From Rhizophagus irregularis (taxonomy: Eukaryota), in NCBI RefSeq assembly GCF_026210795.1, contig NC_089433.1, positions 2,356,001 through 2,420,000 of the forward strand: DNA of 64,000 nucleotides. The letters are read 5' to 3'. Positions 51,524 to 64,000 of this stretch are shown in pieces. The translations under genes were made by a program, and so were the position numbers. Within the stretch, counting starts at the first letter, position 1. Each line of letters starts with the position of its first letter. The notes beneath the pieces are model-generated. The model did not search any database and had not been told where the DNA came from. It saw nothing but the letters and a program-made list of their open reading frames with translations.

Positions 51524-51785
51524 TTAAACTTGAAAATATGATGTTGTGCAGCATATTCATAAGTAACATGAGAAGGTTTAAATTTCAAAACGAACTAGTT
51601 AAGTTCACAATCAACAATATAATCTATATTAAATGATAATAAAGAAGTGAAGTGAAATCGCGTTAATTGCAAGAAGCCACGCATCAACTGCATTTGATAG
51701 TATTGTTTGAAAAGGTGTTTTGGATTAGATTCGCAGACAACGTCATCATCATAAGTCAAAACAAAGTCATGGGCAAAGGCAAAAT

Positions 51786-53379
51786 CCCTATAAAAAATAT
51801 GTATATGATTTTTATACTGTATATACAGGACCCCGAATAATACTGATATAACTCACAAATGGGTTTGCGTAGAGTTTATATGAAATTACTTTTTAAACCC
51901 ATAAATTGAGTTTGCGTAGATCGGTCAATTTTGGGATAACTCACATATCACGTTTGCGTAGAGTTTATAAATATATTGCATTATATGTTGATCAATTGTA
52001 TAATATTGATAGTAGTAAATAAAAATTAAGTTGCGCAAAACCATTAAGGATGGGTCCGTAATATATTTATGAAATTTGCAATATTACGGATTTTGGTAAT
52101 TAATTGTATATAGTAACAAAAAGTAATGCATTTCGCATTATTTTAATATTTTTTAATAAAAAAAAAGTGCGAAATGCACTACTTTAACAAAAAATGGTGA
52201 ATTTCGCACCATTTTATTAACATTTTAATAGAAAAAAGTGCGAAACGCACAATTTTAATAAATAATTGGTGAGTTTCGCACCATTTAATTAATATTTTAA
52301 TATAAAAAAGTGCGAAACGTACCATTTTATTAATATTTTAATAGAAAAAGTGCGAAACGCACCATTTTATTAATAATTTAATAGAAAAGTGCGAAACACA
52401 CCATTTTAACAAAAAAATTGTGAGTTTCGCACATTTTATTAATATTTTAATATAAAAAAGTGCGAAACGCACCATTTTAACAAAAAAATGGAGAGTTTCG
52501 CACCATTTTATTAATATTTTAATATAAAAAAGTGCGAAACGCACCATTTTGACAAATAAATGGAGAGTTTCGCACCATTTTATTAATATTTTAATATAAA
52601 AAAGTGCGAAACACACCATTTTGACAAATAAATGGTGAGTTTCGCACCATTTTATTAATATTTTAATATAAAAAAGTGCGAAACACACCATTTTGACAAA
52701 TAAATGGTGAGTTTCGCACCATTTTATTAATATTTTATTATAAAAAAGTGCGAAACGCACTATTTTAACAAATAAATGGTGAGTTTCGCATGATATTATT
52801 AATATTTTAATAGAAAAAGTGCGAAACGCACCATTTTAACAAATAAATGGTGAGTTTCGCATGATTTTATTAATATTTTAATAGAAAAAGTGCGAAACGC
52901 ACCATTTTAACAAATAAATGGTGATTTTCGCACCATTTTATTAATATTTTAATAGAAAAAATGTGAAATGAATTATATTAGTAACAAAAATTTTTTTGAA
53001 CTAAGATTTGGATTTGCGTAGCGTTACTATGAAAAAAAAGTTGCGTAGAGTTAATAGTAAATGCATGCCGATCATTTGTGAGTTATATTAGTATTATTCG
53101 GGGTCCTGTATATACGTATTTTTGATACAGTTTGCATTTTTACATACGGCATATCAGTATAATGTATACTGTTCGCAATATATGTTTAGTAAAAAATACA
53201 ATAAAGTATATGGTAAACATACTGTGTGATACAGTATATTAAATTCATATGTCTATAACGTATTTCATTTCTACTGTATATCAGTATTTTGTATATGATT
53301 CACAAAAATATTGTAAATAAAAAATATGGTATATGTATTATTCTACAGTATATTAAAATTCATACGTATTTTTTACAGG
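51786..53379. mobile_element. Second CCC-ended non-autonomous element, right end fused to the next element
   Basis: CCCTATAAAAAATATGTATATGATTTTTATACTGTA versus TACAGTATATTAAAATTCATACGTATTTTTTACAGG; no TSD seen. Confidence 0.65.
51826..53108. mobile_element. TA-flanked (Tc1/mariner-like) MITE with an internal ~60-bp tandem array (52130-52970)
   Basis: 35-bp TIR CAGGACCCCGAATAATACTGATATAACTCACAAAT with 1 mismatch; TA flanks; units carry GTGCGAAAC..GTTTCGCAC. Confidence 0.9.
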
Positions 53380-54644
53380 TCAAATAAATAAAAATCAGAT
53401 TTTTGCATGGCTGTCTGATTTTTTGGCAATTTTAATATAATATTTCCAATTTTAATAAATATTTCTGATTTTAATATAATATTTCTGATTTTTAACATGA
53501 AATTGCCAATTTTTGGCTATTTGTAATAGGATTTTTCAATTTTAATATAAAATTTCTGATTTTAATATATAACACTGACATGTATTACGGTTTAATATTT
53601 ATTTATTAACTTAGATTTTTTTTTTATTTCAGTTATAATTATTTTTTTGCCTCAAAAACTTTACTAAAATACTTTTTAAATACTTTATAAAATAGAATTA
53701 AAATATTTTTTTTCTTAAATATAAACACATTTAAATTAAACTAGGAAACAGAAACCGTTGGGGTCCAGAGCGAGAAAATTTTGTTAATTACTTTTGCAAC
53801 ATTTCAAATTTAAGGTTAGATAAGAAATGTAGTAATCATAAATATCAAATGTAATAATTGAATATATATGTTAATAAAATTTGAGTATTATTTGTAAAAT
53901 AAAATTTAAATAAGTATATCATACTATTATCATGTAATTAATTATTAACAACAATTGAAAATTGGTAAAAATAAATTTGTAAAAATAAATGTATAATTAA
54001 CCATTTTTTATTACTAATATTTATTCTAAATATGGTAATCTGGCATGATGATCATATGCGATATTCGATTAACAAAGTAAAGTACAAGCCACTATGGAGT
54101 TTCTCTATAGCATGCATAATGGATAATAAATTCATAAGCCGAGACACACTTCAAAAGTATAAAGCTAGAAAGAATAAACCATCTAGTCAACGTGAAACAT
54201 GCCTTGCAAAGCAACGTGAAATTACGCAGCAAAAAAGAGCAAGAGAAAATGCAAATGCTAAAAAGCGAGAGGCACATGACGCACGTGATAAAGAACAAAA
54301 ACGCGTAAAGTTAGCAACAGAAACGGACGAACAACGTGAAAAATGTCTTAGTTACTACCATGAACGAAGAAAATACCTGAAAAATATTCAAAATACAATG
54401 GCCCAAGACTTGAATTCACAACAAAAAAATCTGCAGCAAAAGTATCAAGATAGTAGCGCAGACGACGCAGAAGGTGACGGTGCAGAAGATGACGGCACAG
54501 AAGATGGCGCAGATACACATACCGATGCTGGTGTACTTGGTGAATTTGAGCGAGATCTTCTAAAGAAATTTCGTAACAAAGTTAATAAATTTAAACATTC
54601 GCTCTACACGACGTGCAATGAAAGTTTTCCATCAATTGTAATTA

Positions 54645-56913
54645 CAGTCTAACCTTGATATACTGATAGTTTATATACCGATAATTGACATATACTGATA
54701 AATTTCTCTTATCCCATTAACAATTAATAAAAAAACCTCACTATACTGATATTACATATTGTTTCACAATGTAACATATACCGATGCAATTTCTTTGTCC
54801 CTTAATAAGTGATATATAGTACTATATACCGATATTTCAAGTTACACCAACATATATACTAGCTTTTTTTGTTTTAACGCGTCGTATTTTAACTAGTAAT
54901 GATGTCTCAACAACAAAGAAAAAGGAAGTCTGTTCAAGATACCTTCCAACCAAATAAAAGAATTGTATTGACACATGCACAAAAGCGTTAACTCTGTTTA
55001 GATTCTCAGAAAACGCCACGCCCTACTCAAGAGGAACTTGCTGTTTTATATAAAGTTAAGCAAAATACTGTTTCAGATATTTTAAAAAAAAAGAAAAGTG
55101 GTTACTTGTAAACCCAGATTCTGAAGACGCAAATAAACAAAAGGAGAGGCCTGTTTATTTTCCTCAAGTAGAAGAAGCCCTTTCATTATGGGTAACAAAT
55201 GCACTTACTGCAGAACTTACCATCAACACTGATATTTTACGTGAAAAAGGCCAAATATTTTGCACAGCAATTTGAAATCAATAAATTTTCATTTTCTAAT
55301 GGATGGATTGACAAATTCAAAAGATGGCATAATTTAAAGGAATATATTAAGTGGGGTGAAGCCAAAAGTGCGCCATTAGAAACCTTAGATGAAGAAAGAG
55401 ATATTTTACACGAAATTATTAAAGATTATGACTTAAATGATGTTTTTAACTGTGATGAAACAGGTAAGATTATTTTTCCCAATAAAGCTCCTATTTTTTA
55501 TTTTTAAGATTCGTTTATTTTAGGATTGTATTGGGATTTTGAACCATCAAAAACATTAGCACAAGGGCCTCTTTCAGAAAAAAAGAAATCTAAAAAGCGG
55601 GTTACTCTACTTCTTACATGCAATGCTACCGGTACTGAAAAATTAAAACCATTATTTATCTATAAATACCAGAATCCACGAGCATTGAATGGGAAAAAAA
55701 AGAATTACCAGTAAACTATTACTGGAATTCAACTGCATGGATGCAAGTTAGTATTTGGAACGATTATCTTAAAAAATTGGACAGGCAAATTAGATTACAA
55801 AATCGCAATATCCTTTTACTTGTTGACAATGCTCCCGTACACATTATAAATGAAGATGTTAATTTAACAAATGTGGTTATTCATTTTTTGCCACCAAATA
55901 CTACATCTCATTTACAGCCATGCGATGCAGAGATCATTAATTCCTTTAAAGTTAGTGATTTTTATTATTAATTTGCAATAGTAATTTTCTTATGAAGTCT
56001 AATTTGATTTATGGTAAACTCTCAATAATTTAGGCACAGTACCGGAAATTACTTGTTAGAAATAGAATTGAAGCATATGAAATTTCACAAGAACTTAACA
56101 AAGAGTCTACTTCCATAAATATTCATGATTCAATTGATTTCAGCGTGAATGCTTGGAATTCTGTAAGTCAACAAACCATTAATAATTGTTGGAAATATAC
56201 AGGAATTCTACCAATAAATGAAATGGACGAAATTGATAAAATTGAAGATCAAGCATTACATGATGAAATGGAATTACAAGATTTAATTAACGAACTACCA
56301 TTTGATAATCTTATGGATGCAGATGAATTTCTTCATATTGATGATTGTTTGAAAAGTAATGAAGGGTTAACCGATGATGAAATTGTGTCTATGATAAAGT
56401 CAAATAATAATAATGAACCAGAAATGGATCCAGATGAAGAGCCTCCAGTAGTAATTCCTGAAACAAAAGCTTTAGGTTATTTGGATGATCTTGTTTTATT
56501 TTTTAAACATTCATCAGATGTTTGTATTAACCCAAATGAATTAAGTGTATTGCAGAAGTTAAGGCATCAAGTATTAAAATTACATGTTAATAACTCAAAG
56601 CAAACTACGTTAGATAATTTTGTTCAAATCCTTTAATATAGTTTTTATATAATATACACTAATATGTTAATATAATAAATATAAATAATATATCGATATT
56701 TTTTCAAAATATTTTATTAGAATTTGACTTAAATGAAATTACTTTATTAAATAATTTAAAATACATTGTAATTTTATATAAAATTTTATATACCGATATT
56801 AATCTACATTTTATTATTAATATCGATATATAAATTTTCATAATGTACCGATATTTTGATATACTGATATTTTTTTCCAAAAACATCTATATTGGTATAT
56901 AGAGGTTTGACTG
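54645..56913 (+). mobile_element. pogo/Tigger (CENP-B HTH + DDE_1) transposon inserted in RepHel; transposase frameshifted
   Basis: TA|CAGTCTAACCTTGATATAC ... GTATATAGAGGTTTGACTG|TA; FPQVEEALSLW, FSNGWIDKFK, NCDETG, VDNAPVH, LPPNTTSHLQPCD, C-terminal PIP-like QTTLDNF. Confidence 0.93.
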
Positions 56914-59900
56914 TATAAGGGGGAATGCCAACATTGCCATAAAGAGAAGCAGCCAAAAAAATTTTCTAAAGATAACAATATAAACCCAAAGCAAATCTGA
57001 TGAACTTCGTGATCTCACAGAAATTGAGAAAATGTTGGTTGCACAAGTATTTTCTGTGATGTCAGTTTATAGACTTTGTGGAGGTCAGCATGGATATCGA
57101 GGAAACATAATCAACTTTTCTCAAGATGTCCAAGAATTTGCTTCAAAGCTTCCTAGGCATCCATCGTTATTAGATATGCTTGTCATACGTCATCAATCTG
57201 CGAGCAATGCGGAAGCGTTTAGGGATTTCAAAGTTCATCGTGATAAGGTCACTCAAGTGTTAATCTGGTTAAAACAAAATAATCGTTACTATGCTGACGT
57301 AATCATCGATCATGAAATTCTCCAGTCTCTGCCAATTGATGGTACAATAAATGACCAACTTCAAGATATTAATGAAGATATTAATTATGACGAAAGTGAA
57401 GATGACGTTATTACACGTACCGTCATTCCACTTCCACCCTCAGCCAATCGTGAAGATACTGCTATTAGAAACACACTCGATCGAATATAAAATGAAAATC
57501 ATCCTATAATGTGACCACAAATAAAAGGAAATCCTGTTAACAAATTTCAGACGCCAGGGTATATAGCATGCGCATTCCCAATCTTATACCCGACTGGAAG
57601 TGCAGACCTTCGCGCAGAACGTATTAGAGATATAAAGCCTGCCGAGTATTTCAGGTATCTTCTTCAATACTAGAACGAAAGATTTACGCGTCATGCTCAT
57701 TGGCGGTATTTTGCATTGAATTTCCAAATGCGTTAGCGGGCACTACAAGAAGGAAAGGTGTACGTTAAGCAAAATCTTACCGATGCGCAAATTACTGTTA
57801 CAGATATTCAGGAAAGAATTACCTAAGGCAATAACTATATGGCCAATAGAATCATGCGATTTGGAGAAGGTTTATGTGAATCTCATCAATTTTGGTATGC
57901 TTGATGTAACGAATTAAACGATATGATTAAGCAGATAGGATCGGATGGCTTAATCTTTTTTACGTTTAATGCCGCTGATTTGCATTGGCCTGAGCTCCAT
58001 CAGCTTATGCCATCTAACAGTAATCGTGAAACTTCAGCCAAACGCCATCACCAAAATATCGTGGATAATCCTCATATCATGAACTGGTTTTTTCATAAGC
58101 GATTTGAAATTTTCTTTAACGACGTCTTAAAGAAATAATGGGATTTGGAAGATTGGTGGTTTAGGTTCGAATGGCAACATCACAGCAGTGTTCACATGCA
58201 TGGAATCATAAAAAGAAAAAATGCACCTACAATAGAATGGAAGCATATGAAGAAAGATGAGAACAAACTGAATAAAATTATACAATATCTTGACAGTCTC
58301 GTTACCACAATAAATCTAGAACTCGATATGCCTGTTCCTAAACGGCATCCATGCAAAAAGAAAAGCAATGAATTAAATGATGACTAGCAAGACTACATCG
58401 ACTTGATTAATAAATTGCAACGACATACCTGATGTAGTCCTGCGTACTATCTTCGTATCAACCGAGAAGGACAACAAATTTGCCAGTTTAGATATCCTAA
58501 AGAAATTGTTGAAAGAACATTCGTGCGAGATGATAACAATGGACAACTGGAGCTTGTAACGAGAAGGAACGATCAATACATAAATTCACATAGTCAACTT
58601 CAATTACAGGGTTGGCGGGCATATGTGGATTTAAAGTTAATCCTAAGTATACATGCTGCGCTGCAATACGTTGCAAAATATGCAAGCAAAGTAGAACCGC
58701 GATCATCAGCCTTTTCGGACGTATTAAATCGAATCCTTAGTGAAAGTCAGCCAGAAGATACGTTACTTGCTCCGGTCCAAAAGCTTTTATTATATAGTGT
58801 TGCGGAATGGGACATCTCTACCTAAGAAACTTGCTATATTCTTCTCAGCCTTCCTCTTTACCATTCAAGTCAGAATTTGTCATCTTGAATCTTAACAAAG
58901 AAGCACCAAGATGGATTCATGGTACTGGGAAAAGTGAAGAATCTTATTCTGTTAATAATGATTCAGGGTGAACAGAGAAATCACCTTTGAAAATATATTG
59001 GGATCGACCTACCGAACTTGAAGATTTCACACTATTCCGGCTTCATTTGACACACAAATTGGTTAAAGGTCGATGGAAAGAGTGTCAACAGGAAAATGTT
59101 ATGCGTGTCTTTCCACATCCATCATTCTTACGCGAGAGTCCTCAATAGGAGGAGTTTTGCCGAGTGAAGGTTCTTCTTCATGTTTGACACTGAGATCAAG
59201 ATTTAACCAAAAACGGAACTATTGCATGGTTATCTTTGTACAATGATTATATTGAAGAGATCAATGCTGATCCAATTGATCTACTTGGGTCACATATAAA
59301 CGATGAAGAAAGCGAAATAAATGATAAAGAAGAACTATTTGAAGAAGAAGATGATGAACAAGATGAACATCGACCTGACTGGATGTTTCTTGCTGAGATG
59401 GGCCCAAAACCAAATTTCGATTGCTCTTCTGATCTAGGTTCGCGAGACATGGATCAGAACCATGACTGGATTAACGATCTGAGGGAACTACTGATATATG
59501 AACCTCGTGGATATTAATACGTTTTTAAGTAGAAATCCTAAGATTGGTGAAGAAAAAAATGTATTAATGGATTATCAAACGTTAAATGTTAATCAAAAAA
59601 TTGTTTTTGAGCGAATAGAATCACATTATCACAATATGTTTGAGGGACGTCAAGATGAACCTTTAAGAATCATTGTGATGGGAACTGCTGGGACTGGTAA
59701 GACCTATCTAATAGAAGCAATCCGATGCAGGCTTCGAGAAATGGCAGGAGAATCTAAGTCACCTATAGCAGTGCTTGCTTTGACAGGAGTTGCAGCCTTC
59801 AACACTGAAGGTATAACGATTCATTCAGGGCTATCAATTCTGATAGTTAATAACGCAAACTGTCTTGATATAAGTGGGAAACGGCTGAAGCAACTACAAG

Positions 59901-60396
59901 ATAAATTAAAAGATGTAAGTTACGTAATAATTGACGAGAAGAGTATAGTTAGTCGTCGAATACTTGCTATAATTGATAAGCGGCTCCGACAAGCTTTTCC
60001 TGAACATAATAATGAACCATTTGGTGGCAGGTCGATTATTTATTCAGTGATTTCGGCCAACTTCCACCTGTCCTTGATCTTCCTATGTATACTGATACAA
60101 AATGAGGTTCATTATCTAATAGTGGTATTGCGGCATACAAGCAGTTCAAAGAAGTGTATAAGCTTGAAATTGTACAGCGCCAATCTGGAAATTCTAAAGA
60201 GCAACAAAACTTTAGAAATATTCTCTTAAGACTGCGTAATGGAGAATCTACTATAGATGATTGGAAAATTCTTACCACATGAATTGAAGACAAGCTCAGT
60301 ATAATAAAACGTAGTAGATTCTCTGACGCTTTGTTCATTCTAACAAAGTGGTCTGAAGTCAACGTGGTAAATATAAATCGACTTTGATCTTTGGAT

Positions 60397-60675
60397 CACT
60401 GGTAAAAAAATGGTCTATCCTACACATATTTTACACATATCTTACATATATCGGGTACTCAAAATGTAGAAAATCATACACAAATAATACACATATCATA
60501 CACATATCGGGTACTTATATATATAGTATACCTATCAGGTACCTGATATATGTATGATATATATATTAGTACCTGATATGTGTATGATATGTGTATTATT
60601 TGTGTATGATTTTCTACATTTTAAGTACCCAATATGTGTAAGATATGTGTAGGATAAATCATTTTTTTACCAGTG
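60397..60675. mobile_element. CACTG MITE inserted in the Pif1 helicase region
   Basis: Near-identical to 562-838; 3-bp TSD GAT (60394-60396 and 60676-60678); removal gives SLDAPVAK. Confidence 0.93.
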
Positions 60676-61739
60676 GATGCTCCTGTTGCCAAAATCCAAG
60701 CTATATATACAGGTGGAAAAGAAGCTAAAAAAGCTGACTCAGATACAGCGCATGGTCTCGGAGTATATATATTGCTGGTGAGAGGCGCAAAAGTCATGTT
60801 AACAGCAAACTTACAGACAGACGCCGGGCTAGTTAATGGTTCAATGGGAACTGTCCAAGACATAATATTCAAAGAAGATCAGGGTCCCCTTCACTCGCTA
60901 TTGCAGTCTTGATCTCTTTCGATAATTATAAAGGTCCCACCATTACTAGCTTAGAGGGTAAAAGAGTTGTACCGATTGTACCAATTAGACGTACCTGGAA
61001 TGGTAAATCTGGAGCTCCTTGTTCGCGCTTACAAATTCCAGTTTGTCTTGCGTGGGCAATTACGGTGCATAAAAGTCAGGGTCTTACATTACAAAAGGCT
61101 ACAATAGACCTTGGTGATAAAGAGTTTATCGCAGGTCTTACTTTTGTGGCAGTGTCTTGAATACGCGTACTTGAAGATCTTCTCTTCAAACTGTTCAATT
61201 TCGAGAGACTTCAGCGTATTAAAGAATGCACAAAATTAAAAGAAAGATTAGCTGAAGAGAACCGTTTAGTTTTTATGATGCCAGGAAACTGAATTTAATA
61301 ATAGATCTAACAATAAAAAAACAAAAAACTGAAGGTATTTTTGATAAAAACATTTTATTATGTCTAATATTATATTTAACGCGCGTTTGTGTTGTAAATA
61401 AAATACATTATTTTATTTCTACAAATCTAACTAAAGTTTCTAATTCTACAAAACATTTTAAATTTTTTTTTCACATTTTTTTTTGCAGTATATCTTGTAA
61501 CACTATTTTTGTAACGCAGTATATTTTGTAACACTAACACAGTACTAACACTAGCTTATCTTGTTTATCAGGTTTGTTTATCTATGTAGCACAAAGAATC
61601 AGCCGACGTGATGCGTGCGAACAAATGGACATCACCACGTGATCCAATATGTCATTAAGGTTCATAAACATATATAGTCCTTCGCTTCGCTCTGGACAAT
61701 AACTTATTATTTAAAATATAAACAAATATTATATTTTTT

Positions 61740-62790
61740 TTAAACATATTTCAAAGTATGGTTTGAGCATTTTGGCTGAAGTAAATCTTATTCTTTTAAT
61801 TAAAAGTAGTTCAGTAAGTTTAAAGCTGTTAAGATATCAATCTTCATAAAAGTACAGTTAATATTTTTAGAATTATTTACATTTTTATATAATATAGTAG
61901 TATTAAGTTACAAATTTTTTTACCTTCAGAGCGTATTTTGAGATCTTTAGCCAAAGTAAATCAACTTCTTATATTAATTATAAGTTGTTCGGCAGGTTAA
62001 AATCTACTTGAATATTAATTTTCACAAGTTAATACTTGATAAGTTATTCACGATTTTTCACAACGATACTCATTTACGAATTTTATTTTTTTTCATTTTG
62101 TCACTTCAGAGCGTATTTTGAGCACTTTAGTCAAAGTAAATCGACTTCTTTTATTAATTGAAAGTTGTTCAGCAGGTCAAAATCAACTTGGATATTAATT
62201 TTACGAATGTACAGTTAATACTTGATGTGTTATTCACGATTTTCATAACGGTACTCATTCACAAATTTTATTTTTTTTATTTTGTCACTTCAGAGCGTAT
62301 TTTAAGCCCTTTATCCAAAGTAAACCAACTTCTTATATTAATTGAAAGTTGTTTAGCACGTCAAAATCTACTTGAATTTTAATTTTCACGAAGGTAAAGT
62401 TAATACTTGATGAGTTATTCACAGTTTTCACAACAGTACTCATTTACGAATTTTATTTTTTTTTCATTTTGTCACTTCAGAGCGTATTTTGAGCACTTTA
62501 GTCAAAGTAAATCGACTTCTTTTATTAATTGGAAGTTATTCAGCAGGTCAAAATCTACTTGGATATTAATTTTTACGAAGGTACAGTCAATACTTGATGT
62601 GTTATTCACGATTTTCACAATGGTACTCATTTACAAATTTTATTTTTCCGTTTTGTCACTTCAGAGCATATTTTGAGCACTTTAGCCAAAGTAAATTAAC
62701 TTCTTTTATTAATTGAAAATTGTTCAGCAGCTTATAATCTACTTGAATATTTATTTTAATGAAGTTACAGTTAATATTTGTAGAGTTATT
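61740..62790. repeat. Satellite-like tandem array, ~184-bp unit, 5-6 copies, alternating A/B subtypes
   Basis: CTTCAGAGCGTATTTT recurs at ~61924, 62104, 62288, 62475 and 62659. Confidence 0.9.
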
Positions 62791-63424
62791 AATTTTTTAT
62801 AATTGTGCATATTTTATTGAATTACAAGTAAATTTATATTCTTAAATGTATTTTGTTTAAAATTTAATTATTTAAGATTAGTTTTTTATTTAATATTGCT
62901 TAATAAAATATTTTTTAAAATTTAATTCAATATTACAATATAATTTTTTGTAAAAATATATATTGCATAATGTATATACAATTTTTTTGTATAGTGAAAA
63001 AACTGAAAAATGTAGTTAAGAATTGGTAATACAGCTGTAAAAAGTCACAAATCAAACAAATATAGCTAAAATCAGCAGTCTGATTTGAATATCCAATTTA
63101 AAAATTGGCATATCCAATTTTTGTCAATTCGTGCTAAAAAATTGGCTACAAAAAGCTACAAATCAGACAAATATAGCCAAAAATCGGCTATCTGATTTTT
63201 TTGCCAATTTTCATTTATTTGACGTGTGATAGGATAAGTTTTTTTACACTTTAAAGCATCAAACAATACTAGTATCCACTAATATGTACTACTCAAAAGC
63301 TCACTGATGTAAAATCACAATTATTAAAAAATTCAAGAATTTTTGTTAATACTGTTTAATTTTTAAGTTCAAAGTTTGATTGATAATACTAAATTCAAAA
63401 CTCAATTATAAATCATTTTTATAA

Positions 63425-63685
63425 ATTAGTATTAAGATTTTAATTTAAAAATTAAGCAGTATCAAGAAAAATTCTCATGAATTTTTCTTAATACTGCTTA
63501 ATTCTAATTTAATTAATTTAGTATTAAGGTTTTAATTTAAAAATTAAGCAGTATCAAGGAAAATTCTCGCGAATTTTTCTTAATACTACTTAATTCTAAT
63601 TTAACTAATTTAGTAATAAGGCTTTAATTTAAAAATTAAGCAGTATCAAGGAAAATTCTTGCAAATTTTTTTTAATACTGCTTAG
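63425..63685. repeat. Three ~90-bp tandem units, each containing a ~54-bp palindrome
   Basis: AATTAAGCAGTATCAAGAAAAATTC-TCAT-GAATTTTTCTTAATACTGCTTAATT repeated. Confidence 0.85.
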
Positions 63686-64000
63686 GCCTGACCAATTAGA
63701 TTCTACGTTTTATATAACCCCCTCCCCCCATTTTTTCGTGATTAATACCTAATATTATACCATATATATGACCAATAATATTGCGAAATTTAATAGTCAT
63801 ATGATTCTTGATTTGCACATAAAAAAAAAATTATCTGCAGATTATCAGTTATCAAGTTGTCATATTTTGCTTTTTTTCACGTAAAGTATTCCTATAATAG
63901 AACTATTTCTTGTTATTCTTTAAATTTATATCTTGAAAAAACATGGCAAAATATTTCATAGCTGTATTTAGAAACTTTATAGCAAATAAACAACATGTTA

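Larger units (their letters stand above)
49504..51785 (-). pseudogene. 3' fragment of a non-LTR (LINE) retrotransposon ORF2 (zf-RVT-like region) interrupted by DNA TEs
   Basis: With insertions removed it reads HIFKFKLFLDELPTLEKLK...CSCINRMEDLMHLFMC...ALVHSCLPKLF. Confidence 0.65.
54119..61292 (+). pseudogene. RepHel polyprotein: STPR-like repeats, DUF6570-like domain, HUH/Y2 Rep, Pif1 helicase; many stops and two insertions
   Basis: ETDEQREK; GQHGYRGNIINFSQD; FFTFNAADLHW; RFEWQHHSSVHMHG; YVAKYASK; GTAGTGKT; IIDEKS; DFGQLPPV; AITVHKSQGLTL. Confidence 0.88.
53739..61702 (+). mobile_element. Helentron/Helitron2 (HLE2)-type rolling-circle transposon, decayed
   Basis: Subterminal inverted repeat GTCCAGAGCGA (53763-53773)/TCGCTCTGGAC (61687-61697); short terminal hairpins; RepHel remnants inside; no TSD. 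Confidence 0.8.
53375..63228. mobile_element. Putative CACA-ended CMC-type host element enclosing the Helentron and a satellite
   Basis: Left (c)ACAGGTCAAATAAATAAAAAT versus right ATTTTCATTTATTTGACGTGTG; same terminus type as MITE 49945-50111; TCTGATTTTT subterminal motifs at both ends. Confidence 0.5.

Noticed and set aside
52130..52970. Regular ~60-bp array resembling a CRISPR, and ORF 52338..52760
   Set aside because: There are no unique spacers or cas genes and the context is eukaryotic. It is a tandem repeat inside a TA-flanked MITE, and the ORF is an artefact of the repeat.
59498..61292. Cellular PIF1 helicase gene
   Set aside because: It is collinear with HUH/Y2 Rep motifs, intronless, full of stops and bounded by Helentron-like termini.

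Overview
This is an AT-rich, intron-dense fungal window, most consistent with an arbuscular mycorrhizal fungus (Glomeromycotina, Rhizophagus-like). That assignment is inferred from base composition, 70-110 bp introns and the TE families present. A gene island almost free of TEs (~13.0-37.0 kb) holds Vam6/Vps39, a 25-exon peroxisomal ABCD transporter, a Swc3-like/GATA-finger gene, a two-finger GATA factor, MsrB, a likely snR30/U17 snoRNA, a J-domain protein, LSG1 and RNase H2A. Both flanks (1-12 kb and 37-64 kb) are nested, decaying transposons. They include hAT elements and MITEs with 8-bp TSDs, pogo/Tc1-mariner elements, PIF- and CMC-type MITEs, LINE and MULE relics, satellites, and a DUF6570-HUH-Pif1 Helentron/HLE2-type rolling-circle element with a probable non-autonomous partner. 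The most notable observations are an apparently obligatory 1-nucleotide exon in the ABCD gene, the snR30/U17 candidate, the rolling-circle element pair, the Swc3-like+GATA architecture, and a palindromic cassette shared by unrelated TE families. All coordinates and splice models were derived by hand and no database searches were run.
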